Below the pieces are notes generated by a model. The model was not told the origin of the DNA. It did no database searches and saw only the letters and a list, made by a program, of their open reading frames with translations. This document shows positions 32,215 to 42,817 of a DNA stretch of 64,000 bases, piece after piece. Numbering within the stretch: the stretch's first letter is position 1; every line of letters starts with the position of its first letter. This stretch comes from an uncultured delta proteobacterium (GTDB lineage Bacteria > Desulfobacterota > Binatia > UBA9968). A program made the position numbers and the translations under genes. The stretch is taken from positions 1 through 64,000 of the forward strand of contig CAVWLW010000076.1 in the NCBI GenBank assembly GCA_963755715.1, given 5' to 3'.

Positions 32215-33363
32215 ATGAACCTCATTTATTGGGTGCGTGCAAATCGTCTTGGCCAAAAATTGGATGACGAAAAAGGCCTCGTCCTGATCGCCGTTCTATG
32301 TTTGTTGGCGGCCCTGGTTTTGGTCGGAACCACCGCTTTTATCGTGTCGTCAACGGATGTCAAAGTTGTCAGCAATTACAAGACCGGTCAAACCGCGCTT
32401 CAGGTGGCGATGGCTGGCACGGAGAAAGCGCGTGAGGCGCTGCGGGCCGCCAACGCGTCCAGCACCAATACCTCCAACTTTAGCGAGGAACTTGCAGCTC
32501 GCGTTGGCGCCAATGGGGTGCTCAACGGCTATACGTCTTCGACTGATGACTCGGCACTGGCGAGTTCTAGCACGTTGGTCAGCGGTTATACGTATAACGC
32601 CTATTTGACGAACGACTCGAGTGAAGGTGCCTCCAGTACGACCGACAGTAACGGCAAAGTAGTGATTACCTCGGTAGCGACCGGACCGAACAATGCTAAG
32701 GCGATTGTTACGACTACGGTCCAACTCTACACTTTTTCAACGAACAGTCCTGCCGTTGTTTATTCCAAAGACAACGTAACATTGAACGGCAGTGCGATCA
32801 CTATCAACGGCAATGATGCCGGGACTTGCGGCGGTACCAATCTCTCTGCCGTCTACACAATGGACCCAGCGACGACTAACCCGAACGGCAGCCCAACGAT
32901 CACGGGCGGCTATTCTCACGGAAATACAAACATCGATCTTCAAGCGTTGGTGGATCAATTAAAGGGCGGAGCTAACTATACTCTGACCGCGGACGTGTCG
33001 AATGGGACTTATGGCAGCGCGACCAACTACGTAACTGTTTACGCTGACGCGACGGGCACTCAAGCGGACCATGAACTCAGGCTGAATAACGTTACGGGGT
33101 ACGGCGTTCTCGTAGTCAAGGGCGATCTGCAGATGGCGGGCAATCTTGATTGGCATGGAGTGATCATTGTCACCGGAGTTATGACATCATCGGGCGGTGG
33201 GTCTAACTCGAAGAATATTCAAGGCCAAGTCTACGCGGGAAGTTCTTCGTTGGGCGACACTACCATCAGCGGCAACATCGACATGGGTTATAACAGTTGC
33301 GAAGTGAAGAAAGCTCTGTCGAGCCAGCCGTTAAAAGTTGTCAACTGGAAACAAAACTACTGA
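32215..33363 (+). CDS. PilX-like minor pilin (set 1)
   Basis: KG|LVLIAVL (no Glu5); ALQVAMAG; GYGVLVVKGDL. Confidence 0.82.
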   Translation: MNLIYWVRANRLGQKLDDEKGLVLIAVLCLLAALVLVGTTAFIVSSTDVKVVSNYKTGQTALQVAMAGTEKAREALRAANASSTNTSNFSEELAARVGANGVLNGYTSSTDDSALASSSTLVSGYTYNAYLTNDSSEGASSTTDSNGKVVITSVATGPNNAKAIVTTTVQLYTFSTNSPAVVYSKDNVTLNGSAITINGNDAGTCGGTNLSAVYTMDPATTNPNGSPTITGGYSHGNTNIDLQALVDQLKGGANYTLTADVSNGTYGSATNYVTVYADATGTQADHELRLNNVTGYGVLVVKGDLQMAGNLDWHGVIIVTGVMTSSGGGSNSKNIQGQVYAGSSSLGDTTISGNIDMGYNSCEVKKALSSQPLKVVNWKQNY

Positions 33364-33914
33364 GTTCTAGACCTAAGAGCGGTTTCTATGATGTCGCCGA
33401 TTTCGTGAGTGTCGTTGAATTCGCGGCCATAGTCGACAAATAGTTTGCTGTCTTTTGAAAGCTTGTTCTTAAAAGCGGTAACTTGATTCAACAGCTCACG
33501 GATTTCGCCTGTTAACATTCCGTCCACTTCCTTCGACTTTTCTTTTAGCCGATTGAACTCGCCGACAATCGGATCGTCCGGTGCTTTCTCTTTCTTTGGC
33601 TCTTTAACTTTCTCGCTATCGGGCTCGTCAATCGATTTCATCGAGTCCGCTTGCGGTTTGTCGGTGGGCTCGCGGTCGGAGGCTGTTATGAGCCGCACAA
33701 CTTGTTCCGTTTTCTCAATCCTTGCTACAAAAGAGTTTTCGATTCCAAAAACCCCGTCGTAAGTCTCAAAGAGCACCTGTTTACCCTCGCGCCAATAGCG
33801 AGTTGTGACGTACTCGTTGCCGTTTTTGAGTTTGATAACATAGGCCCCATCGACCGTGCCGATGCCGGCACCACAGGCTATAAAAAACACTCCGTATGTT
33901 AAGGCCTTGCGCAT
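33357..33914 (-). CDS. Hypothetical exported protein
   Basis: Signal-like N-terminus; YVIKLKNG...YWREG; charged helical C-terminus. Confidence 0.65.
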   Translation of the reverse strand: MRKALTYGVFFIACGAGIGTVDGAYVIKLKNGNEYVTTRYWREGKQVLFETYDGVFGIENSFVARIEKTEQVVRLITASDREPTDKPQADSMKSIDEPDSEKVKEPKKEKAPDDPIVGEFNRLKEKSKEVDGMLTGEIRELLNQVTAFKNKLSKDSKLFVDYGREFNDTHEIGDIIETALRSRTQ

Positions 33915-34058
33915 TACGGCTCCAATACTGAAATATAATTGCATTCTATCATTTGGTCGGATTTTCGCCAAAGAGTATTTCTTCGGCCTTTGTCAACTTG
34001 TCCACTCTTGACACTGCCCAGTCAGTGGCAGTATGGTCCGCCTCTCTCGGAGGCAGCC

Positions 34059-34508
34059 ATGAAAAACGTCCGAATAGCCAGAGGCTTTTCAACTATCGAA
34101 CTGATCGTCGCGATGGGCATCATGGGCGCTGTTGCCGCGATCGCTCTGCCGAAATGGAACAACTGGCTGCCGACCTATGCGTTGAACAACTCTACACGAC
34201 AGATTCAATCCGAGCTTCACAACATCAAAATGCGCGCTGCGGCGGAAAACGTCGGCTTCCAGTTGGCATATCTGCAAGGCGCGAACGCTTACACGATTCA
34301 GCGTGATTCTAAGGCGCTGGTGTCAAAGCCAATCGCAGAGGGAACGACTATTACCAAGGATGGCACGATTTCATTTTCACCGCGCGGTACGGCGAGCGCG
34401 AATCGGGTACGCCTGCGCAATGCTGCAGGGGCGTGCCAACAAATCGTCGTCAGCGCGACCGGCAGAGTTAGGAGTTGCACGCCGAATTCCTGCGCCGAGG
34501 ATTGCTGA
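34059..34508 (+). CDS. FimT/GspH-like minor pilin (set 2)
   Basis: RBS GGAGG; RG|FSTIELIV; ISFSPRG; VSATGRVR. Confidence 0.88.
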   Translation: MKNVRIARGFSTIELIVAMGIMGAVAAIALPKWNNWLPTYALNNSTRQIQSELHNIKMRAAAENVGFQLAYLQGANAYTIQRDSKALVSKPIAEGTTITKDGTISFSPRGTASANRVRLRNAAGACQQIVVSATGRVRSCTPNSCAEDC

Positions 34509-34517
34509 GAAAAGCCG

Positions 34518-34931
34518 ATGATAAGTCCGATGATTTTTGGTCGAGAGGACGGCTTTACGTTCAACGAGATTCTCGCCGCGATGAGCATCATGGTTGTGGC
34601 GGTGCTGGGTTATTCCCTGAGCAGCGTCGGTCTTATTCAGCGACAGACAACCAGCAGTAACTCGACCGTCGCTATTCACTTGGCGCAAGACAAACTCGAA
34701 GAGCTGCAAGCACGGCCCGCCCCTGCTGACGCCGATGTATGCCCGACCGGAGGCGATCATGGCATTTCGGCAAGACCCGGCGCCGCGGGTATTTTTGATC
34801 GATGTTGGCGTATTGCGGTATCGCCTCTGGGAGCGAGCCTTAAGCAAATCCACGTAACGGTTTTTTGGCGCGACATTGAGCCTCATGAGATTACGCTCTC
34901 GACGCTTATTTTTACCGGTGATGGATCATGA
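34518..34931 (+). CDS. PilV-like minor pilin (set 2)
   Basis: DG|FTFNEILAA; LAQDKLEEL; VTVFW. Confidence 0.85.
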   Translation: MISPMIFGREDGFTFNEILAAMSIMVVAVLGYSLSSVGLIQRQTTSSNSTVAIHLAQDKLEELQARPAPADADVCPTGGDHGISARPGAAGIFDRCWRIAVSPLGASLKQIHVTVFWRDIEPHEITLSTLIFTGDGS

Positions 34932-35578
34932 ATTCTTGGTGCGGTGACAATCGCGGTGCGACGCTAATCGAGCAATTGATGTCGTTACTAATCGGATCCG
35001 GTCTGATTGTTTCGCTTTACGGCTATTTTCGCAGCGAGCTATACCAGGCACTTGTTCTTGAAACGCGAACCGCCACTCTCGAAGACGCTCGCGGCGCGTT
35101 AGATATCATGACTCGGGATCTGAAAGAGTCGGGTTCATGGGGAACCGGAAGCGCGCCTTTGGAAATCGGCGGTACCGACGACCCCAATCACGATGGCGAC
35201 ACAGTTTGTAACCGAGTCTACGCCGCGACTGCGGCCATGATCCACGTTCAGATGGATCTTAATGGTAATGGCAATTGCGCGGACACCACGCCGCGCGAAA
35301 ATATTCGCTACGAGTTGACCGGACCGACGGCGACCTGCTCGGGTCCCAACATCATTCGTCGTAACGGCGATTGCTTGGTAGCCAACGTGGTTCCCACGGT
35401 CCCGGGAAAAGTCTTCACATTCTATGACGCCAGTGGAACTGATCTTGGCAACACGCCGCCTTTGGAAGCGATCAAGCGAGTCAAAATCGCCTTCAGCGTG
35501 CAAGTCAAGCATCCCGATCCGAGAATTGGCGGAAACTTGACTTCGGCGCTTTCGACGAGTGTCGAGTTTCGCAACTAA
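34928..35578 (+). CDS. PilW-like minor pilin (set 2)
   Basis: RG|ATLIEQL; ARGALDIMTRDLK; VEFRN C-terminus. Confidence 0.82.
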   Translation: MNSWCGDNRGATLIEQLMSLLIGSGLIVSLYGYFRSELYQALVLETRTATLEDARGALDIMTRDLKESGSWGTGSAPLEIGGTDDPNHDGDTVCNRVYAATAAMIHVQMDLNGNGNCADTTPRENIRYELTGPTATCSGPNIIRRNGDCLVANVVPTVPGKVFTFYDASGTDLGNTPPLEAIKRVKIAFSVQVKHPDPRIGGNLTSALSTSVEFRN

Positions 35579-36763
35579 TGTTTATCGTCATGAAAATCAC
35601 AGACGACCCGCTGCGCAATTCTCGCGGGATAGTTTTAATGAGCGCTCTCACAATTCTCTCGGTTCTGTTGGCGGTCGGTATCGGCATCCGTGTGATGCTG
35701 AAAAACGATTATCAAGTAGTAGCCAATCTTCGCGGCGGAACCGAAGCTTTTTACTATTCGGCTGCAGGGATCGAATGGAGCAAAAACGAGGTCGCCAGCA
35801 CGGCTGCTTTTCCTCCCGTTCCGGCAAACCAAATGAAGTCCTTCGCGGCAGGCGCTTTCGCTGTTTCATTCCTACACCCCGTTTTGGTCGGACCGCTGAC
35901 AGCGCGAGTCGCGGCCCGTTCTGTCGGCACTATCGGTCCGTCTTCCCATGTGCTCGAAGCTCTCTTGACGAAAACCTACGATCTTGCCGACGGCGCGTTG
36001 GCGCTCCGGGGCGCCGCCGCGCGTATGAATATCAGCGGCAGCGGCCTGTTTATTTCCGGAACGGACCACGATCCGGCAAACGGCAATCCTCTGACCGCGG
36101 CCAAATCACGGAGCGCGATCTCAGTGTCTGACTCGACAATGAATGACTTGGTCATGGGAGCGCTCGGAAATCCCCCGCCAGTCGGGATCCTAGATAGCGC
36201 AAACGACGTCCAGGCTGTGGCGCTCAGTGACTATCTATCCGGCACTGCCATTACGCAGTTGGCCAATGATCTTTGCGCGGCTCCCGGTGCATTGGTGCAT
36301 TCGGTGCCGAGCGAGGGGACTTTAGCTTTTGAGAATCAAGTTTGGGGATCTCAAGCTACGCCGCAGCTCCATTGCATCGAAGGGCAGCCGACTGGCGGCG
36401 ATGGAGCAAGCTTTACAGGGAACAACAGTGGCGTTGGTATACTAGTCGTCAAGAACGCCGATTTGATCCTGAACGGCGGGTTTCATTGGGATGGGCTCGT
36501 CATCGTTTCCGGCCAAGAAGTCGGTCTCAAAGGTTTTCGGATCGAGCAGCAAAGAAGTGATGGGGGCGACCTTGATAAATGAGACCGGCGCGCCAGGAAG
36601 CGCTACGGCAATTTTCGATATTCAGGGGAATTTGCGTTTACTTTTCAGTCGCCAAGCTCTGCGCCGAGCATCCGTTTTAATCCCGAGCGTTGCGCTCAGC
36701 CAGGCCTATACGGCATTGCCGTCGTATGTTTTGCAGGATTATTGGCGCACCGTCACCCCATAG
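35578..36763 (+). CDS. PilX-like minor pilin (set 2); frameshift near 36535
   Basis: RG|IVLMSAL; AFYYSAAGIEW; GVGILVVK; continues in frame 36491-36763. Confidence 0.8.
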
Positions 36764-36964
36764 AAGCGACTGCGTTACTTTTAATTTACAATGACCCCGC
36801 AAGATGTTAAATTATTAATCTACAACGATTTGGCAACCTAAAGAACCCTTTGTGAATCAGCGCTTTGAGACGGAACAGCCGCCCGTGTTTTCGACGGCTT
36901 TATAGTCCCGGCGAGACCGGGTTACGGACGAGCAATTATGGAACAGGTGGGAGAGGGAGTTAGC

Positions 36965-37348
36965 ATGGAAATAAAAAAGACCATAATGGTCGTCGACGAT
37001 AATCCCGATATCATTACGATCGTCAAAACCATTCTGGAAGGTCGTGGCTACACTGTTTTTAGCGCCGCCAGCGGCCCCGAATTGTTAAACATGCTGCCCA
37101 ATCAGAAGCCCGACCTGATTATTTTGGATATCATGATGCCTGAAATGGACGGTTTGGAAGTGCTCACTCGGCTAAAAGGCAAAAGTGAAACTGCCACGAT
37201 TCCGGTGATACTGTTGACGGCCAAGGTACAGTATGAAGATGTCTTGGGCGGTTACAAGCTAGGCGCCGACTATTACATCACCAAACCGTTCACGAGCACT
37301 CAGTTGGTCAACGGCATCAACTTGCTATTGGGCGAAGGCAAAGCTTGA
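36965..37348 (+). CDS. Single-domain response regulator
   Basis: IMVVDD, ILDIMMPEMDG, LTAK, YITKPF. Confidence 0.92.
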   Translation: MEIKKTIMVVDDNPDIITIVKTILEGRGYTVFSAASGPELLNMLPNQKPDLIILDIMMPEMDGLEVLTRLKGKSETATIPVILLTAKVQYEDVLGGYKLGADYYITKPFTSTQLVNGINLLLGEGKA

Positions 37349-37451
37349 ATTGTTTGTCTTAGCCTGATCGGATCGCTGTCCGCCCCTTCCGTTGTCGCTA
37401 CTCGGTTGTGCTGTTTGCATCTTCCCGTCGTTTTCTCCATTCTTCTTATTG

Positions 37452-38096
37452 ATGGTTCGCTTGATTACGTTCGAGGGTGGGGACGGCACCGGCAAGAGCA
37501 CCCAAGTCCACGCCCTAAAGAGCTATCTTGGAAAAACCGGCCGCTCTTGCATTGTGACGCGGGAACCGGGAGGCACGGCGCTCGGTACTTCGATTCGCAA
37601 GGTTCTTTTGGAAGTAGGCGAACACGCAATCGCGTCGTCGACCGAATTGTTCTTGTACCTCGCGGACCGATCGCAGCATGTGCATGAAATCATCCTGCCG
37701 GCCATCGGCGCGGGCAAGATCGTGTTGTGCGATCGCTTTACGGATTCCACATTGGCTTATCAGGGATACGGCCGGGGGCTCGATCTTGCCCGGCTGCGTC
37801 AGCTGAACGATATGGCGAGTGGAGAAACTCGTCCCGATTTGACGTTTCTATTGGATTGTCCCGTCGAGTTCGGTCTGGCTCGCACGGCTCTGCGGCGCGC
37901 GCAATTTGCAACCGGTGCCGGCCAAGAAGATCGCTTCGAGCGGGAAGAAATCGACTTTCATCAAAAAATTCGCGCGGGATTTCTCGAACTGGCGCGCGCC
38001 GAACCGAGACGATTTCGCGTGATCGATGCGAGCCAACCCATCGAAGAGGTCTCAGCGGCCATCCGGCGCATCATAGATCAGGAACTTCTCCAATGA
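37452..38096 (+). CDS. tmk: Thymidylate kinase
   Basis: ITFEGGDGTGKST, TREPGGT, LCDRFTDSTLAYQG. Confidence 0.96.
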   Translation: MVRLITFEGGDGTGKSTQVHALKSYLGKTGRSCIVTREPGGTALGTSIRKVLLEVGEHAIASSTELFLYLADRSQHVHEIILPAIGAGKIVLCDRFTDSTLAYQGYGRGLDLARLRQLNDMASGETRPDLTFLLDCPVEFGLARTALRRAQFATGAGQEDRFEREEIDFHQKIRAGFLELARAEPRRFRVIDASQPIEEVSAAIRRIIDQELLQ

Positions 38097-39082
38097 GCTT
38101 TGCCGATATCGTCGGTCATCAAAAACAGCTTGCGACTCTGCGCGCCGCGTGGGCGGGTGGGCGGCTGCATCACGCCTATCTGTTTCTTGGGCCCGAGGGC
38201 GTGGGCAAACACACTATCGCAATCGCGCTTGCCAAGGCGATTCACTGTCAAGCGAACGCCGACGATTTCTGCGGCCAGTGCGTCAACTGCGCGCGCATTG
38301 CGGATGGCAATCATCCCGATGTGCGCGCCCTTGAGCCGCTCGCCGACAAGAAGGAAATCAGCATCCAGCAAATTCGCGAAATCGAGCGCGAGCTCAACTA
38401 TCGATCGTTCACCGGCAAGCGAAAAATCGTGATCATCGATCCGGCGATCCTGCTGAACGCCGCGGCGCAAAATGCTTTGCTGAAAACCCTTGAAGAACCG
38501 CCGCAGGAATCATTGATTATTTTGATTGCGCCCACTGCCGGCGGACTTTTGCCGACCCTGCGCTCGCGCTGTTTGCGGCTCAGTTTCGCGCCCCTGTCGC
38601 GCCCAGAAGTAGCCGCCTATCTGCAAAGGCAGCATAGAAAGAGCGCCGAAGAAGCGGCGTTTCTCGCCGCCATGAGCATGGGCAGCATCGGCGTCGCCCT
38701 CGCATTAGATAAGGATGCATTGACGGAGACGAGACGGGCCTGGATCGACAGGCTCGGCGCGCTCAAGGTGGGTGATTTCCAGTCGGCGATGACGGCCGCC
38801 GAGGCGCTGGCGGGAAATCGTGAAGAGACGCTTAGATTTATCAAGTGGGCGGAAAGCTGGTATCGAGATCTATTGATTTCCAGGATGACGAGCCGGCCGG
38901 ACGACCTAGTGAATTTGGATATGCGAGCGCAAGTCGAACAACAAGCGGCGCAAATGAGCGTGGACGGAATCTGCGCGGCGATGGCCAACGCCGTCGACGC
39001 TGGAGTAGGAGTTCAGCGCAACTTGAACCGGCGTATGCTGCTGGAGAAACTCCTGTTTGGCGTGGTGGGAGAACGGCGATGA
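38093..39082 (+). CDS. holB: DNA polymerase III delta' subunit
   Basis: HAYLFLGPEGVGK, CGQCVNC, HPD, AQNALLKTLEEPP, TLRSRC. Confidence 0.95.
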   Translation: MSFADIVGHQKQLATLRAAWAGGRLHHAYLFLGPEGVGKHTIAIALAKAIHCQANADDFCGQCVNCARIADGNHPDVRALEPLADKKEISIQQIREIERELNYRSFTGKRKIVIIDPAILLNAAAQNALLKTLEEPPQESLIILIAPTAGGLLPTLRSRCLRLSFAPLSRPEVAAYLQRQHRKSAEEAAFLAAMSMGSIGVALALDKDALTETRRAWIDRLGALKVGDFQSAMTAAEALAGNREETLRFIKWAESWYRDLLISRMTSRPDDLVNLDMRAQVEQQAAQMSVDGICAAMANAVDAGVGVQRNLNRRMLLEKLLFGVVGERR

Positions 39083-40611
39083 ACAAAATCTACATCACGA
39101 CGCCGATCTACTATGTCAATGCCGAGCCGCACCTCGGCCACACTTATACGACCGTGGTGGCGGATACGTTGAAGCGCTATTACTGCGCGAACGGCTACGA
39201 CGCCTTTTTGCTCACCGGCACGGACGAGCACGGCGATAAGATTGCCCAAGCGGCTGCCGCCAATGGCACCAGCCCCAAGGAGTACGCGGATCGAATCAGC
39301 GGCTTGTTTCGTTCCACGTGGGATACTTGCGGCATCGCCTACGATCATTTTATTCGCACCACCGACGCTTACCACAAGGAATATGTGCAAAGCGTGCTCC
39401 AGAAGATTTATGACGCAGGCGATATTTATTTCGGCGAATACAGCGGCTTTTACTGCTACGGCTGCGAGCGGTTCTACACCGAGAAGGAGCTGGTCGACGG
39501 CAAATGTCCGGATCATCAAACGACGCCGGATTACATCAGCGAAAAGAATTATTTTTTTCGCATGAGCAAGTACCAGCAGCAACTTATTGAGGCGATTCAG
39601 AGCAAACCGGATCTCATTCGGCCCGAACGTTATCGCACCGAAGTCTTGGCTTTTCTACGCGAGCCCCTCGAAGATCTATGTATTTCACGCCCGACCAGCC
39701 GTTTGCAGTGGGGCATCTCGATGCCCTTCGACGATAATTATGTCACCTACGTCTGGTTCGATGCCTTGCTCAATTACGTGAGCGCCTTGCAGCACCGCGG
39801 CGCGGATTCCCTATCATCTTTTTGGCCGAAGGCACAGCATCTGATCGCTAAGGATATCTTGAAGCCGCATGCGATCTATTGGCCGACGATGCTGATGGCC
39901 GCGGGCCTGCCGCTTTACGATCACTTAAACGTCCACGGCTACTGGGTGATGGATTCCGGCAAGATGTCCAAAAGCTTGGGCAACGTGATTCGTCCGCTGG
40001 AGATGAAAGCGCGCTTCGGCATGGATGCGTTTCGCTATTTTCTGCTGCGTGAGATGGCTTTCGGTCAGGACGCAAAGTTTTCCGAGGAGGCTTTGATCAC
40101 TCGGATCAACGCCGATCTGGCGAACAATTTGGGCAACCTGGTGAGCCGCGTGTTGGCGATGCAGCAAAAATATTTCGCCGGCGTGGTTCAGCCGTTAGGT
40201 TCCGAGTGGGCTGCGGAAGATGTCGAGCTGCGGGACAAGTTTATTCAGGCTGAAAACGACCTGAATAGCTACGTTGCGGAGCTACAATTCCATCGCGCTT
40301 TGGAGTCCGTCTGGTCGGCGCTCGATCATGCGAATCGCTACATCGTCCAGACTGCGCCGTTCACGATGATCAAAGATCCAGAAAAGCAAGCTCGCGTCGG
40401 CGAAGTGTTGCATCATTTGCTCGAAGTGGTGCGAACTCTGTCGCGTTTGCTCGCGCCGTTCATGCCGGACACGGCGCGCGAGTTGAGCGCGCTGCTGGCG
40501 TTGAGCGACGATGCCTTGAAAATGCCTTGGGGTCAGGGATTTGCTGCCGGTCATACGGTCAATGCGCCTAAGGTTTTGTTTCCGCGCATCGAGACTGAAG
40601 CCAAGAAATAG
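39079..40611 (+). CDS. metG: Methionine--tRNA ligase (short form)
   Basis: YITTPIYYVNAEPHLGH, YVWFDALLNY, KMSKS. Confidence 0.97.
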   Translation: MNKIYITTPIYYVNAEPHLGHTYTTVVADTLKRYYCANGYDAFLLTGTDEHGDKIAQAAAANGTSPKEYADRISGLFRSTWDTCGIAYDHFIRTTDAYHKEYVQSVLQKIYDAGDIYFGEYSGFYCYGCERFYTEKELVDGKCPDHQTTPDYISEKNYFFRMSKYQQQLIEAIQSKPDLIRPERYRTEVLAFLREPLEDLCISRPTSRLQWGISMPFDDNYVTYVWFDALLNYVSALQHRGADSLSSFWPKAQHLIAKDILKPHAIYWPTMLMAAGLPLYDHLNVHGYWVMDSGKMSKSLGNVIRPLEMKARFGMDAFRYFLLREMAFGQDAKFSEEALITRINADLANNLGNLVSRVLAMQQKYFAGVVQPLGSEWAAEDVELRDKFIQAENDLNSYVAELQFHRALESVWSALDHANRYIVQTAPFTMIKDPEKQARVGEVLHHLLEVVRTLSRLLAPFMPDTARELSALLALSDDALKMPWGQGFAAGHTVNAPKVLFPRIETEAKK

Positions 40612-40626
40612 CTTTCTGCCAGAGTC

Positions 40627-41398
40627 ATGTTGATCGACAGCCATGCTCATATCCAGGGCAAGGAATACGCGGGCGAAGCGCGAAGCGGTGATCGAACGCG
40701 CGCGCGCCGCGGGCGTCGAGAAAATCATCGCGGTCGGCGGCGCCGGTGACATGTCCAGCAATACCGAGGCGGTGGCTTTAGCCGATTCGTTTCCGAACAT
40801 TTATGCCACGGTCGGTATGCATCCGCACGATGCCAAGGATGTCGGCGCGGACGAGCTGCGCGCACTGCGTGAATTGACATCGCACGCCAAAGTAATCGCC
40901 GTTGGTGAGACCGGGCTCGATTACTACTACAATCATTCACCGCACGAGGTGCAGCGCCGCGTGTTCACCCAATTCATTCACATGGCGCGCGAGACTGGCT
41001 TGCCGATTGTGGTTCACGAACGCGACGCGGCACAGGAAGTTGCTGAATTACTGCGCAGCGAAGGCGGACGGGAATTGCACGGTGTCATTCATTGCTTCAC
41101 GGGTAATTATGAAGCGGCCTCGGCTTATCTCGATCTAGGATTCTACATTTCCTTTACGGGCATCATCACGTTCAAAAACGCCGAACCGTTAAGGCAAGTA
41201 GTCCGACAAGTGCCGTTAGAAAAAATGTTCGTTGAAACCGACTCGCCATTTCTCACTCCGGTGCCGCACCGCGGTAAGCGCAATGAACCGGCGTACGTGC
41301 GCCTGGTAGCTGAAACAGTAGCGAGTGTCAAAAACATTTCATTGGAAGACGTTGCCAGGGTTACCACCGAGAACGTGCAAAATCTTTTCAAGATTTAG
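40627..41398 (+). CDS. tatD: TatD-family nuclease; frameshift near 40675
   Basis: MLIDSHAH, GMHPH, VGETGLDY, HCFTG, ETDSPFL, RGKRNEP. Confidence 0.93.
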
Positions 41399-41484
41399 TT
41401 ATTAATTGACGCTTTGTTCGAATGCTTCAGCCGCTGCAACATCCGAGCTTCATTCAATTCCGGCGAGAAATTTTACGGCAATGT

Positions 41485-42159
41485 TTAACGTTTCTCGCTC
41501 CAGCGAATGCCATTTGGCTGCACAAAGGAGAGCGACGAGATGTGGCGCGTGCGGTTAAACTTTTCCTCGCCGCTGCCGCCGGGCTTCTCATCGAAGTAGG
41601 TGATTTCCAATACGTAGCGCCCGGCCCACGGCGTCGGCAGTGTGATCCGGCCTTGGTCGTCGGTCACAAGAGGTTTTTCCCACTTGGACGGACCGATGAT
41701 CGTGAGCTCGGCTTTGGCCAACGGCGCGGCGAAAAATAACAGAACAAAAGTTTTGCCATTGACTTGCGTGGGCACCAACTCCAGGTCGAGCTTGGCGGCG
41801 GTTTCCGATCGCCCGGCCTTGGCGTAGTAAATCGTTTTAGTGACGCCGCCTTTTTCCTTGTCCTCGCGCGGCGGAACGCTGCTGTCCACGAAACGCACGT
41901 CGCCGCGGCCTTTGACGGCAAACTCCAAATTGTTTTCGTTCCTCTTGACCGGCAGCGGCTCGTCGCTTGCGCCGAGAAAAACCCGCGGCGTTTTGAACCG
42001 GTCAAGGAGACCGCCGGTTTTTTCTCGGATGTCGTCGATCCATTCGCCGAAGTAGGCGCGCGCCGGGCCGTCGCCGTCGCGTTCGAGCCAAACAAAATGG
42101 GCGTGCGCCGTATCGATCAGCGCCAAGATGAGTATCGCGATATTGATCAATCGTAACAT
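41485..42159 (-). CDS. DUF4198-like periplasmic protein (putative metal uptake)
   Basis: Signal peptide AHA|HFVWLE; LELVP; TDDQG; GRYVL. Confidence 0.75.
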   Translation of the reverse strand: MLRLINIAILILALIDTAHAHFVWLERDGDGPARAYFGEWIDDIREKTGGLLDRFKTPRVFLGASDEPLPVKRNENNLEFAVKGRGDVRFVDSSVPPREDKEKGGVTKTIYYAKAGRSETAAKLDLELVPTQVNGKTFVLLFFAAPLAKAELTIIGPSKWEKPLVTDDQGRITLPTPWAGRYVLEITYFDEKPGGSGEEKFNRTRHISSLSFVQPNGIRWSEKR

Positions 42160-42173
42160 TGGCGTTCTCCTTT

Positions 42174-42817
42174 TCACGCCGATATAGCCGTGAAACTCTG
42201 CTGCTGCAAGTTTACCAGCACGCCGTTGATCCAAGCTGCGGCGGCCCGGTTATAATCGGCGTCGCAATCGACGCGCGGATAAAACCGCGTGGCGCCGTGG
42301 CGCTCCAGCGCGGCGTCGAAGTCGCGGCCGCACTTGCAGAAGTGATCGTAAGTCGTGTTGCCGAGGGCGAGCACGGAAAATCTAACGCCGCGAAGATCGA
42401 GGCCGTTGCCGTGCACTACTGCTTGCCAAAACGGCGCGGCGTCGTCGGGTGGTTCGCCATCGCCGTAGGTACTTGCCACGACCAGCAGGTAGTTCGCTTG
42501 GGTGAGCACGTTCGGTTGGCAATGCGCCATGTCGCGGACACGCGCGGTTAAACCGGTTGGGCGCAGCGCGTCAGCCAGTTTTTTCGCTAGCGTCTCCGAG
42601 TTGCCGGTCACGGTGCCATAAAGAATCAACACCGACTCGCCGTTGGACGCCGCGGCAGCGTGCTCGCGCGCGAGATCCTGCACCGCGTGGGCGTGGCCGT
42701 TGGCGCCGTCGGACTCGATGGATTTGCGCTTCGCTCGATGGATGCGCGAGCGCCGCATCGACAGCTCTCGGTCTGGTGTGGGTTAAGAAAATTGCTTTGA
42801 TCGGTATTTGCATTCAT
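42174..42817 (-). CDS. Flavodoxin domain (CysJ-like); may be fused to the upstream PepSY-TM protein
   Basis: ILYGTVTGNSE, STYGDGEPPDDA, FSVLALGNTTYDHFC. Confidence 0.85.
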
